Shown: positions 16,861-25,630, counted from the first letter of the stretch. The stretch is 38,542 bases of DNA from Candidatus Limnocylindria bacterium (GCA_036555955.1 DATBKH010000149.1:1-38542), one strand, 5' to 3'. Made by a program: numbers and translations. Notes: generated from the sequence alone by a model not told the origin.

Positions 16861-17468
16861 GGGATGCCGAGAGTGTCGAGGAGCCCGCGGAAGTCCGGCT
16901 CCTCGCGGATGGCCGTCCCGTCGGTCGGTGGCGCGACACCACCGCGGTTCGCCCAGTACACGTCCATCCCGACGCGGGCCGCCCCGCCGACGTCGTGCGC
17001 CGATCCGGCCACGAAGAGCGTTTCGGCGGGATCGAGCTCGAGGCGATCGAGGGCCATTCGGTAGGGGATCGGATCGGGCTTGTAGGCTCCGGCCTCCTCC
17101 GCGGTGACGACCAGGGCGAAACGGCCGGCGCGGAACGCGGCGAGACGGCCGAGCTTACGCGAGCAGTTCGTCACGATGAAACGCGTCAGCCCATCGATGC
17201 GCTCGAGGACCGGCGGCACGTCGGGCCATGGCTCGAACTCGCCCCACCGTCGGAGCAGCTCGTCCGCGCGCTTCGCGTCAACGCCCACATCGCCCGCGCT
17301 CGCCCTGACGATCTCCTCGAACGGGCGGTACTTCCGTCCGCGCAGCAGCGACTGCGAGGCCGCGTGCCAGCGCATCCCGACGTCGCGATCGCCCGCGACC
17401 TCGGCCCAGAGCGACCACGTGTCGAGCAAAGCGGTCAGCAGATCGAATCCCACCGCGGCGTACCGCAT
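16857..17468 (-). CDS. HAD-superfamily hydrolase (haloacid dehalogenase type II-like)
   Basis: 203 aa. N-terminal GFDLLTALLD (motif I), VTNCS (motif II), AYKPD (Lys motif), VAGSAHDVGGA (motif IV). Confidence 0.8.
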   Translation of the reverse strand: MRYAAVGFDLLTALLDTWSLWAEVAGDRDVGMRWHAASQSLLRGRKYRPFEEIVRASAGDVGVDAKRADELLRRWGEFEPWPDVPPVLERIDGLTRFIVTNCSRKLGRLAAFRAGRFALVVTAEEAGAYKPDPIPYRMALDRLELDPAETLFVAGSAHDVGGAARVGMDVYWANRGGVAPPTDGTAIREEPDFRGLLDTLGIP

Positions 17469-17537
17469 GTGGGTAGCCTATCGGCGATCAATTCCGGAAG
17501 GCCGGCCCTTCGGGCGGTCGACGGCGGGGAGGAAGAC

Positions 17538-17831
17538 GTGGCGCGCTACATCACGCTCATCAGCTTCACGGAGCAGGGGATCAAGACGATCAAGGACTGG
17601 GACAAGCGCATCGCCACGACGCGGGAGCGTCTCGAGAAGGCCGGCGGGCGCCTCATCGACATCTATCTCACGCTCGGCGAGTTCGACGCGGTCGCGATCA
17701 CCGAGGTCCCGAACGACGAGGCCGCGCTCCGCAGCGCGCTCGAGTACGCGCTCGGCGGCAATGGCCGAAGCCGGACGATGCGCGCGTTCACGAGCGACGA
17801 GACGCTGCGGGTGGTGAAGCAGCTCTCCTAG
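17538..17831 (+). CDS. GYD domain protein
   Basis: GGGGAGGA lies upstream of GTG 17538. MARYITLISFTEQGIKTIKD...GGRLIDIYLTLGEFDAV fits the GYD family. 97 aa. Confidence 0.8.
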   Translation: MARYITLISFTEQGIKTIKDWDKRIATTRERLEKAGGRLIDIYLTLGEFDAVAITEVPNDEAALRSALEYALGGNGRSRTMRAFTSDETLRVVKQLS

Positions 17832-19792
17832 TCGCCGGAGGCGTGGCGCGTGACCCAGTCGACGACGCGCCGGTTGTAGTCGACGCGGTGGCTCGGTCTG
17901 CCGCTCTGGATGAAGAGATGGCTTCCCCCGGGATACCGCACGAGCTCCGTGGGGACCCTGCCCGCGGCAACGAGCCCCGCGAAGAGCTCCTCGCCCTGTC
18001 CGATCGGGCAGCGCTCGTCGGCTTCGCCGTGTAGGACGAGCGTGGGCGTCGTCACCTTGTCCACGTAGTTCACCGGCGAGAGTCGCCGGAACGCCTCGCG
18101 CTCGGCGGTGATGCCCCCGCCCATCTCCCACGGCGCGAACCACATGCCGATGTCGCTCGTTCCGAAGAACGACTCCTGATTGACCACGGGCGCGCCGACG
18201 ACCGCCGCCTTGAAGCGGTCGGTGTGCCCGATCGTCCAGCTCGTCATGAATCCGCCGTACGAGTAGCCCGTGACCGCGAGGCGGTCTGGGTCCGCGATTC
18301 CCGCGCCGACCAGCTCGTCGATCGCCGCGAGCTGCTCGACGAGGTCGTGCTCGCCCCACCGGCCACGGATGGCGTGGGCGAAATCCCGTCCGTACGAGCC
18401 GGATCCGGTGGGGTTGAGGGCGAGGACCGTCCAGCCCCGCGCGGCGAGGACGTAGCGATAGAAGTAGGTGAGCGAGAAGAGGCTTCCGGTGAAGCTCGCC
18501 GGGCCACCGTGGATGTCGAGCAGCAGCGGCGAGGGTCCGCGCCGCTCGGCGGGCCCGTAGAGCCAGCCATCGATCGTGCCGCCGTGCGGGCTGCGGAACG
18601 TGCGACGCTCGCCCTGCACCGGAGCCAGGTGCGCGAGGAGCTCCGCGTTCACGGTCGTGATGCGCCGCTCGCCGCGCCCGTCCCAGCCTGTCACGTAGAC
18701 GTCGGCCGGGGTCTTCAGGTCTCCGGCCACGAACGCGATCGGGCCGCCGGGTCTCGCGCTCATATAGGCGACCTGGCGCTCCCCACCGACCACGACGCTC
18801 ATCGCGGCGTCCTCGACGGCGGCGCGGACGATGTGCGCGTTGCCGCGATCCGAAGCGACGAACGTGATGCTCCGGGCGTCCGGAGACCACACCGGTGCGG
18901 GCGTCACCGCGGGAGTCGGCAGGAGGACCGCCGCGCGGTCGTAGCGCTCCGTCAGACGGCGCGGCTCACCGCCCGCCGCGGGGACGGTCCAGACGCGCAC
19001 CATGGGATCGCCGAGCCCGGCGTCCTGCGCATCCGTGCCGTAGCACGCGATCGTCAGGCCGTCGGGGGACCACGCCGGCGAGGTGGCGCGTCCAACCGTC
19101 TCGGTCAGGCGCCGCTCGGCCCCGGAAGCGACATCGGTCACCCAGATGTCCGACCACGAGTACTGGTCGGCGGCGCCGCGCGTGCGCGAATACGCGATGC
19201 GCGTCCCATCGGGCGACCAGGCCTCGGCGCGATCCTCGAAGTCCCCATCGGTGAGCTGCCTGGTCTCGCCGGTCGCGACGTCGACGATGAAGAGTTGCGA
19301 GCGCGCGTCGAAGGTGTAGCCCTGGCCGTCGGTCTTGTACTGCGCCTTCGTGACGTGCCGCGGCCGCGCGGCCCAGGCTTTCCGCGCTTCCTCATCGGCG
19401 GGACGCGGATCGATCCACACCCGCGCGGCGAAGGCGATCTTCGTCCCGTCCGGCGACCACGTCGCCGCGCCGGCATGCCCGTCGAAGTGCGTCAGGCGCC
19501 GCGCCTCACCACCCGCCGCGGGGATGACGTAGAGCTGTCGGTCCTCCCCATCACGATCGGAAAGGAATGCGAGGCGCGACCCGTCGGGGGACCAGCGCGG
19601 CGCCGAGTCGCGTCGCGGCCCGCGCGTGAACTCCACCGAGGGGCCACCGGCCGCGGGCGCGACGTGGATGGTCGAGCGATACTCGTCCCTCTCCGTGTCG
19701 ATGCTCGTGATCACGTACGCGACGCGCGCCCCATCCGGCGACAGGTCGACCTCGGGCACCGTCTTGAAGGCGAGGAGATCGGTGACGTCCAT
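17828..19792 (-). CDS. S9 family serine peptidase (acylaminoacyl-/prolyl-oligopeptidase-like; beta-propeller plus alpha/beta hydrolase)
   Basis: The real start is ATG 19792 (MDVTDLLAFKTVPEVDLSPDG...). Repeated SPDG..IAF propeller blades. Catalytic GYSYGG Ser, then Asp (GEADERCP) and His (GGSHLF). The upstream 600 aa of track ORF 17828..21601 is antisense to ggt. Confidence 0.9.
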   Translation of the reverse strand: MDVTDLLAFKTVPEVDLSPDGARVAYVITSIDTERDEYRSTIHVAPAAGGPSVEFTRGPRRDSAPRWSPDGSRLAFLSDRDGEDRQLYVIPAAGGEARRLTHFDGHAGAATWSPDGTKIAFAARVWIDPRPADEEARKAWAARPRHVTKAQYKTDGQGYTFDARSQLFIVDVATGETRQLTDGDFEDRAEAWSPDGTRIAYSRTRGAADQYSWSDIWVTDVASGAERRLTETVGRATSPAWSPDGLTIACYGTDAQDAGLGDPMVRVWTVPAAGGEPRRLTERYDRAAVLLPTPAVTPAPVWSPDARSITFVASDRGNAHIVRAAVEDAAMSVVVGGERQVAYMSARPGGPIAFVAGDLKTPADVYVTGWDGRGERRITTVNAELLAHLAPVQGERRTFRSPHGGTIDGWLYGPAERRGPSPLLLDIHGGPASFTGSLFSLTYFYRYVLAARGWTVLALNPTGSGSYGRDFAHAIRGRWGEHDLVEQLAAIDELVGAGIADPDRLAVTGYSYGGFMTSWTIGHTDRFKAAVVGAPVVNQESFFGTSDIGMWFAPWEMGGGITAEREAFRRLSPVNYVDKVTTPTLVLHGEADERCPIGQGEELFAGLVAAGRVPTELVRYPGGSHLFIQSGRPSHRVDYNRRVVDWVTRHASGD

Positions 19793-19816
19793 GCGGTCCG
19801 CAAGCCTACGCCGCTC

Positions 19817-21358
19817 GTGACGGACCCGGCCCGCAGCGAGTGGATCTTCTCGAAGACCGAGGCGGTCGCCTCGCGCGGGATGGTCACGTCCGACCCGCTG
19901 GCCGCCGAGGCGGGTGTCCAGATCCTGCGCGCCGGTGGGAACGCGCTCGACGCCGCGCTCGCGACGGCCTTCGCGCTGGGCGTCACTTCGCCGATCGGGA
20001 GCGGGCTCGGCGGCATCGCCGGGTTCGTGATCTGGCGGGAGGGCAAGGCGACGGCGTTCGACGGTGCCACGCGCGCGCCGCTCGCCGCGCGGCCCGACAT
20101 GTTCGAGCTCTCGCCCTCGGGCGGCCGGTCCGGGTTGTACGGCTGGCCGTCGGTCCGCGGCGACGCCAACGTCGAAGGCCCGTTGTCGGCGACCGTCCCG
20201 GGCGCCGTCGCCGCGTATGAGCTCGCGCATCGCCGTTTCGGCAAGCTGCCCTGGTCCGCGCTGTTCGAGCCCGCGATCCGTCTCGCCCGCGACGGCATCG
20301 TCATGGACTGGTACGGCACGCTGATCTTCGGGACCTACGCGACGCGCCTGCACAAGAACGCCGAGGCCAGGCGCGTCTACTACGGCCCGAGCGGAGCACC
20401 GTACCGGCCGCCGACGGGGTTCGAGGCACCCGATCGCCTGCGCCAGCCGGACCTCGCGCGATCGCTCGAGACGATCGCCCGCGATGGCGCGAGAACGCTG
20501 TACGGGGGAGAGCTCGGCGCGGCGATCGCCGACGACATCCGCGGTCTCGGCGGCATCCTCGCGCGGGAGGATTTCGCGACCTACGAGGCGGGGTCGCCTC
20601 CGCCGGAGGCGGTCGACTATCACGGTCACCGTGTGATCACGGTGCCGGGCCTGACCGGAGGCCCCACGGTCGCGCGTGCGCTGCGGCAGCTCGATCGAGA
20701 GGACCTGCGGAAGCACCCGCAACTCGGCGCGGAGAGCCTGCACCTCATCGCGAGCGCGCTCCGCGATGCGTTCTCGCACCGTCTCAGCTCGATGGCCGAC
20801 ATGCCGAACACCACGCACGTGAACGCTGTCGACGCCGATCGGATGTGCGTGTCGCTCACCGCGACGCTCGGCGGCGGCTTCGGCTCGGGCGTCATGGCGA
20901 AGGGGACCGGGATCGTGATCACGAACGGGACCTACTGGTTCGATCCGCGGCCCGGCCGGCCGAATTCCATCGCGCCCGGGAAGCGGGTGCTGTGGGCGGG
21001 CGCGCCCTCGATCGTGCTCCGCGGCGCCGAGCCGTTCCTCGTCTGCGGTGCCCCGGGCGGCCGCAAGATCATGAGCGCGGTCGTCCAAACGATCGTGAAC
21101 GCCGTCGATTACGGCGACGGTCCGCAGAACGCGACGAGCCGTCCGCGCGTGCACGACGAAGGCGAGAAGCTGCAGATCGATTCGCGCATCCCCGACGCGA
21201 CGCGCGGCCAGCTCGAGCGGATGGGACATGAGATCGAGGTCAAAGTGGAGGACGTGCTCGCCACGAACTTCGCGCGCCCGGGGGCCATTCACATCGACGG
21301 ATCCGTGCTGCGCGGCGGCGTCGAGGGAACGAAGATCGGGATCGCGCTCGGCTTCTAG
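19817..21358 (+). CDS. ggt: Gamma-glutamyltransferase family protein (no signal peptide)
   Basis: GTG 19817 (alternative ATG 19880). GMVTSDPLAAEAG..IL..GGNALDAA, the autoprocessing/catalytic Thr in NTTHVNAVD, and GAPGGRKI near the C-terminus. Confidence 0.9.
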   Translation: MTDPARSEWIFSKTEAVASRGMVTSDPLAAEAGVQILRAGGNALDAALATAFALGVTSPIGSGLGGIAGFVIWREGKATAFDGATRAPLAARPDMFELSPSGGRSGLYGWPSVRGDANVEGPLSATVPGAVAAYELAHRRFGKLPWSALFEPAIRLARDGIVMDWYGTLIFGTYATRLHKNAEARRVYYGPSGAPYRPPTGFEAPDRLRQPDLARSLETIARDGARTLYGGELGAAIADDIRGLGGILAREDFATYEAGSPPPEAVDYHGHRVITVPGLTGGPTVARALRQLDREDLRKHPQLGAESLHLIASALRDAFSHRLSSMADMPNTTHVNAVDADRMCVSLTATLGGGFGSGVMAKGTGIVITNGTYWFDPRPGRPNSIAPGKRVLWAGAPSIVLRGAEPFLVCGAPGGRKIMSAVVQTIVNAVDYGDGPQNATSRPRVHDEGEKLQIDSRIPDATRGQLERMGHEIEVKVEDVLATNFARPGAIHIDGSVLRGGVEGTKIGIALGF

Positions 21359-21375
21359 CGGGTACATTGCCCGCT
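21357..21375 (+). terminator. Hairpin AGCGGG-tacattg-CCCGCT in the 19-nt ggt-murA gap (terminator or processing-site candidate; no U-tract)
   Basis: A 6-bp perfect stem read from the sequence. It overlaps the ggt stop codon. The loop contains TACATT. Confidence 0.3.
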
Positions 21376-21377
21376 GG

Positions 21378-22655
21378 ATGGCACGTTTCATCGTCGAAGG
21401 CGGCACTCCTCTGCGCGGCGAGATCACACCAGCGGGAAACAAGAACGAAGCGCTGCCCCTGATCGCGGCGAGCCTTCTCACCGACGACCCCGTCACGCTG
21501 CACAACGTCCCGCGCATCCGCGACGTTCGCGGGATGCTCGAGATCGCGAGCGCGCTCGGCGCGAAGGTCGAGGAGCTCGACGAGCACTCGGTGCGCATCA
21601 CCGGCGCGCCAGGATCCGTTCAGGTGCCGCAGCGCCTCGCCGGCGAGGTCCGCGCGTCGCTGCTGTTCGCCGGTCCGCTCCTGGCGCGCATGAACAAGGT
21701 GCAGCTCGGGCTACCGGGCGGCGACGTGATCGGCCGGAGGCGCAACGACACGCACTTTCTCGCGTTGCAGCAGCTCGGCGCGGCGCTCGCGGTCGCGCGC
21801 GACGGCTACGAGCTCACGACCCAAGGGCTCCGCGGCGCCGAGGTCGTCCTGGACGAAGCGTCGGTCACCGCGACGGAGAACGCGCTCCTCGCCGCGGTGC
21901 TCGCGAAGGGCCGGACGGTCCTGCACAACGCCGCGAGCGAGCCGCACGTACAGCAGCTCGGCATCGCGCTCATGAAGATGGGCGCGCGCATGGTCGGCAT
22001 CGGTACGAACACGATCACTGTCGACGGCGTCGAGAAGCTGAAGGGTGTCGAGCACACGATCCTGAGCGATCACATGGAGGTCGGCTCGCTCATCGCGCTC
22101 ATCGCGATGACCCGGGGGACGGCGACGATCAAGAACGCCGTGCCGCAGCACCTCCGCATGACGCGGCTCGTCTTCAAGCGCTTGGGGGTGGAGACCGAGA
22201 TCGCCGGCGACGACCTTCTCGTCAAGGGCAAGGACAGCTACGTCGTCGAGGAGGACATCGGGGGGAAGATCCCGACGATCAAGCCCGGCATCTGGCCGGG
22301 GTTTCCCACCGACCTCACGAGCGTCGCGACGGCGATGGCCACGCAGTCGCAGGGGACCGTCCTCATCCACGAGTGGATGTTCGATGGCCGCATGTTCTGG
22401 GTGGACACGCTCGAGCGGATGGGCGCGCGTCTCGTGCTGGCGGATCCGCATCGCGTCGTCATCGTCGGTCCGTCACAGCTCTACGGGACCGAGCTGCGGA
22501 GCCCGGACATCCGCGCCGGCATGGCGCTCCTCGGCGCCACGCTGTGCGCCAGAGGTCGTTCGGTCATCAACAACGTCGAGCAGATCGACCGCGGCTACGA
22601 GGAGCTGGACAAGCGCCTCGTGGCCCTGGGCGCGAAGATCGAACGAGCGGCGTGA
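21378..22655 (+). CDS. murA: UDP-N-acetylglucosamine 1-carboxyvinyltransferase
   Basis: MARFIVEGGTPLRGEITPAGNKNEALPLIAASLL...NVPRIRDV is the classic MurA N-terminus. 425 aa. The active-site loop reads LPGGDVIGRR (Asp116 where E. coli has Cys115). Confidence 0.92.
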   Translation: MARFIVEGGTPLRGEITPAGNKNEALPLIAASLLTDDPVTLHNVPRIRDVRGMLEIASALGAKVEELDEHSVRITGAPGSVQVPQRLAGEVRASLLFAGPLLARMNKVQLGLPGGDVIGRRRNDTHFLALQQLGAALAVARDGYELTTQGLRGAEVVLDEASVTATENALLAAVLAKGRTVLHNAASEPHVQQLGIALMKMGARMVGIGTNTITVDGVEKLKGVEHTILSDHMEVGSLIALIAMTRGTATIKNAVPQHLRMTRLVFKRLGVETEIAGDDLLVKGKDSYVVEEDIGGKIPTIKPGIWPGFPTDLTSVATAMATQSQGTVLIHEWMFDGRMFWVDTLERMGARLVLADPHRVVIVGPSQLYGTELRSPDIRAGMALLGATLCARGRSVINNVEQIDRGYEELDKRLVALGAKIERAA

Positions 22656-23863
22656 CCTCCCTCGCGACGCACCTCGAATGCTCGCGCTGTCAGGAGGACT
22701 TCCCCGTCGACCAGATCCAACAGGTCTGCAAGTCCGACGGCGGCCCGCTCCTCGTGCGCTACGACCTCCGCCGCGTCCGGGACACGACGACGCGCGAGGC
22801 GCTTCGCGACCGCCCGCCGACGCTCTGGCGCTACCGCGAGCTGCTACCGCACGAGGACGACGACGTCGTGACGCTCGGCGAGCCGATGACGCCTCTCCTG
22901 GAGACGCCCTCACTGGGAGAGGAGATCGGCATCCCGAACCTCCGCGTGAAGGACGAAGGCCTGCTGCCGACGGGCACGTTCAAGGCCCGCGGCGCCGCGG
23001 TCGGGATGACGCGCGCGGCGGAGCTCGGTGTCGAGACGCTCGCGCTTCCGAGCGCCGGCAACGCCGGGTCGGCCTGGGCGGCGTACGGTGCGCGCGCCGG
23101 CGTTCGCGTCATCGTTGTCATGCCGGACCGGACGCCGAAGGTCATCGTCCGCGAGGCGGCCGCGTACGGCGGCGAGGTCTACACCGTCGCGGGGTCGATC
23201 GCCGACGCGGGCGCGGTCGTGAAGCGCGTCTGCTCCGAGCGGGGCTGGTACGACGCCTCCACGCTGCGCGAGCCGTATCGGATCGAGGGAAAGAAGACGA
23301 TGGGCTTCGAGCTCGCGGAGCAGCTCGGGTGGCGCGTGCCGGACGTCATCGTCTACCCGACGGGGGGCGGCGTCGGCCTCATCGGCATGTGGAAGGCGTT
23401 CGCGGAGCTGCGGGCGATCGGCTGGCTCGACGAGAAGCGCCCGCGGTTCGTCGCCGCGCAGGCCGGAGGATGCGCTCCGATCGTCGACGCGTTCGCGAAA
23501 GGGCTCGAGGAGTCCCGGCCCTGGCCGGATCCGGAGACGTTCGCCGCGGGCATTCGCGTGCCGAAGGCGCTCGGCGACTTCATCGTCCTGCACGCGCTCC
23601 GCGAGTCGGAGGGGACCGCGTTCGCGGTGAGCGAAGACGAGATCGCCGACGGCATGCGGCTCGCCGGCGAGACCGAGGGATTGCTCCTGTGCCCCGAAGG
23701 CGGCTGCGCGCTCTCCGTGACGCGCGAGCTTCGGCGGAGCGGGTGGATCCGCGACGACGAGGAGGTCGTCATCTTCAACACCGGGACCGGCCTCAAGTAC
23801 GCCGAGTTCCTCCAGGGCGGCGACGCTCGCCACCTCGACGGCGGCGACCTACCGGACGAGTAG
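22652..23863 (+). CDS. thrC: Threonine synthase family PLP enzyme
   Basis: GTG 22652 overlaps the murA stop (GTGA). N-terminal LECSRC zinc-ribbon-like motif, PLP-lysine motif PTGTFKARGA, then PSAGNAG and YPTGGGVG loops. Confidence 0.85.
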   Translation: MTSLATHLECSRCQEDFPVDQIQQVCKSDGGPLLVRYDLRRVRDTTTREALRDRPPTLWRYRELLPHEDDDVVTLGEPMTPLLETPSLGEEIGIPNLRVKDEGLLPTGTFKARGAAVGMTRAAELGVETLALPSAGNAGSAWAAYGARAGVRVIVVMPDRTPKVIVREAAAYGGEVYTVAGSIADAGAVVKRVCSERGWYDASTLREPYRIEGKKTMGFELAEQLGWRVPDVIVYPTGGGVGLIGMWKAFAELRAIGWLDEKRPRFVAAQAGGCAPIVDAFAKGLEESRPWPDPETFAAGIRVPKALGDFIVLHALRESEGTAFAVSEDEIADGMRLAGETEGLLLCPEGGCALSVTRELRRSGWIRDDEEVVIFNTGTGLKYAEFLQGGDARHLDGGDLPDE

Positions 23864-23881
23864 CGGCATAGCATCGAGGCG

Positions 23882-25261
23882 GTGAACGCCGCTCCGAACA
23901 TCCTCGGGCTCGTCGGTCACACGCCCCTCGTTCGTCTCGAGCGCATCGGCAAAGGATTACGGCCCACGCTCGTTGCCAAGCTCGAGCACCTGAACCCGGG
24001 TGGCTCGGTCAAGGACCGGATCGGCCTCCTGATGATCGAGGACGCCGAGCGGCGGGGCCTCCTGCGACCCGGTGGGACGATCATCGAGCCGACGAGCGGG
24101 AACACCGGCGCGGGCCTCGCCATGGCCGCCGCGATCAAGGGCTACCGCCTCATCTGCACGATGGCCGACAAGCAGAGTCAGGAGAAGCGCGACCTGCTCC
24201 GCGCGTACGGGGCCGAGGTCGTGGTGTGCCCGAGCGCGGTGCCGCCGGAATCCCCCGAGTCGTACTACAAGGTCGCGGACCGGCTGACCCGGGAGATCCC
24301 CGGCGCGTTCCAGCCGAATCAGTACTACAACGCCATGAACCCGGAGGCCCACTACCGGACGACCGGGCCCGAGCTCTGGGAGCAGACCGACGGCCGGATC
24401 ACACATCTCGTCGCCGGCGTCGGCACGGGCGGCACGGTGACCGGGGCCGGGCGCTACCTGAAGGAGCGCAGCTCCAACGTCGAGATCGTCGGCGCGGATC
24501 CCGAGGGCTCGCTCTACACGGGCGACATCCATCCCTACAAGACCGAGGGCATCGGCGAGGACTTCTACCCCGGGACCTTCGATCCGGCGGTGGTCGACCG
24601 GTGGGTCCGCGTCTCGGATCGCGACGCGTTCCTCACGGCGCGCCGCCTCACCCGAGAGGAGGGGATCCTCGTCGGAGGGTCCTCCGGCACCGCGATGTTC
24701 GCCGCGCTCGAGATCGCGAAGGGCCTCGACGAGCGCGCGCTGATCGTCGTTCTGTTCCCCGACTCGGGCCGGAGCTACCTATCCAAGATCTACAACGACG
24801 AGTGGATGCGGCAGAACGGATTCCTCGGGGTCGTCGTCCCGGCGACCGTCGGCGACGTGGTCAAGGATCGGGCGGGCACGCCGGAGCTCATCGTCGTCTC
24901 GAAGAGCGAGACCGTGCGGCGGGCGATCGACACGATGCAGCGGTACGGCATCTCCCAGATCCCGGTGACGGCCGACGGCGTCGCCGCGAACGTCACCGAC
25001 ATCGTCGGAAGCGTCCAGGAGAAGACGATGCTCGACCGGGTGTTCCGCGAGCCGGCTCTGGTCGACGAGAAGGTGGAGCGCCTGATGGATCCGCCATTCC
25101 CCGTGGTGCAGGCGACCGACGACATCGAGCGGCTCTATCAGGAGCTCTCCGGCGGTGCGCCGGCGCTGCTCGCGGCTCGCGAGGACCGCCCGGTCTCGAT
25201 CATCACGAAGGCCGACCTGCTGGAATTCGTGGCCCACCAACGGCGGGCGGCGCCTCGCTAG
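23882..25261 (+). CDS. cbs: Cystathionine beta-synthase (PLP domain plus C-terminal CBS-pair)
   Basis: 459 aa. NPGGSVKDR (PLP Lys), TSGNTGAGLA and GTGGTVTG loops. The C-terminal ~130 aa has tandem CBS-domain features (ISQIPV..., PVSIITKADLLEF). Confidence 0.9.
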   Translation: MNAAPNILGLVGHTPLVRLERIGKGLRPTLVAKLEHLNPGGSVKDRIGLLMIEDAERRGLLRPGGTIIEPTSGNTGAGLAMAAAIKGYRLICTMADKQSQEKRDLLRAYGAEVVVCPSAVPPESPESYYKVADRLTREIPGAFQPNQYYNAMNPEAHYRTTGPELWEQTDGRITHLVAGVGTGGTVTGAGRYLKERSSNVEIVGADPEGSLYTGDIHPYKTEGIGEDFYPGTFDPAVVDRWVRVSDRDAFLTARRLTREEGILVGGSSGTAMFAALEIAKGLDERALIVVLFPDSGRSYLSKIYNDEWMRQNGFLGVVVPATVGDVVKDRAGTPELIVVSKSETVRRAIDTMQRYGISQIPVTADGVAANVTDIVGSVQEKTMLDRVFREPALVDEKVERLMDPPFPVVQATDDIERLYQELSGGAPALLAAREDRPVSIITKADLLEFVAHQRRAAPR

Positions 25262-25512
25262 GGAGTCTTCGTTTCGCCTGCGCGGCTGCCGTTTGCGCCG
25301 GCGCGCTCGCGCATCCCGCGGACCACGACCTCGAGCTCGCTGAGGGAGACCCCGCCCGTCGGCTTCCAGTCGTGTTCACCCGTTCGCACGTCCGACGGGC
25401 AGTACGCCCAGTCGTTCTCGTGGATCGTCAGGTGATCGACGATCGCACCGTTCTTGTGGAGGTGCGCGCCCGTCGTGCACACGAACCCGATTCGCGCCCC
25501 AGCCGTCCCCAT
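25258..25512 (-). CDS. Hypothetical small Cys/His-rich protein (84 aa)
   Basis: Track ORF 25258..25518. ATG 25512 is preceded by GAAAAGG at 8-nt spacing. MGTAGARIGFVCTTGAHLHKNGAIVDHLTIHENDWAYCPSDVRTGEHDWKP... GC3 is very high. The stop shares CTAG with cbs. Confidence 0.55.
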   Translation of the reverse strand: MGTAGARIGFVCTTGAHLHKNGAIVDHLTIHENDWAYCPSDVRTGEHDWKPTGGVSLSELEVVVRGMRERAGANGSRAGETKTP

Positions 25513-25608
25513 CGACACAACCTTTTCCCCGATTCGACCCGGTGTGGCAAGTGGCCTCGTGGGTAATTCGCTAGTCGATACCCTCCCACTCCGCAGGGCA
25601 AGCCGAAC

Positions 25609-25620
25609 GTATATATATAC
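25609..25620. promoter_or_regulatory. Perfect 12-bp AT palindrome GTATATATATAC (operator and/or -10 region) in the divergent promoter region
   Basis: This is the only pure alternating-AT stretch I noticed in the window. It contains or overlaps TATACT (25616-25621), 9 nt upstream of the luxR-type ATG at 25631. Confidence 0.35.
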
Positions 25621-25630
25621 TTTCGATTAC

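Noticed and set aside
17828-21601. Apparent giant ORFs of 1257 aa (minus strand) and 1044 aa (plus strand, 18224..21358).
   Set aside because: Each is a real gene (the S9 peptidase starting at 19792; ggt starting near 19817) extended through the antisense strand of its divergent neighbour. The extensions are Arg/Gly/Asp-rich nonsense with no domain features.
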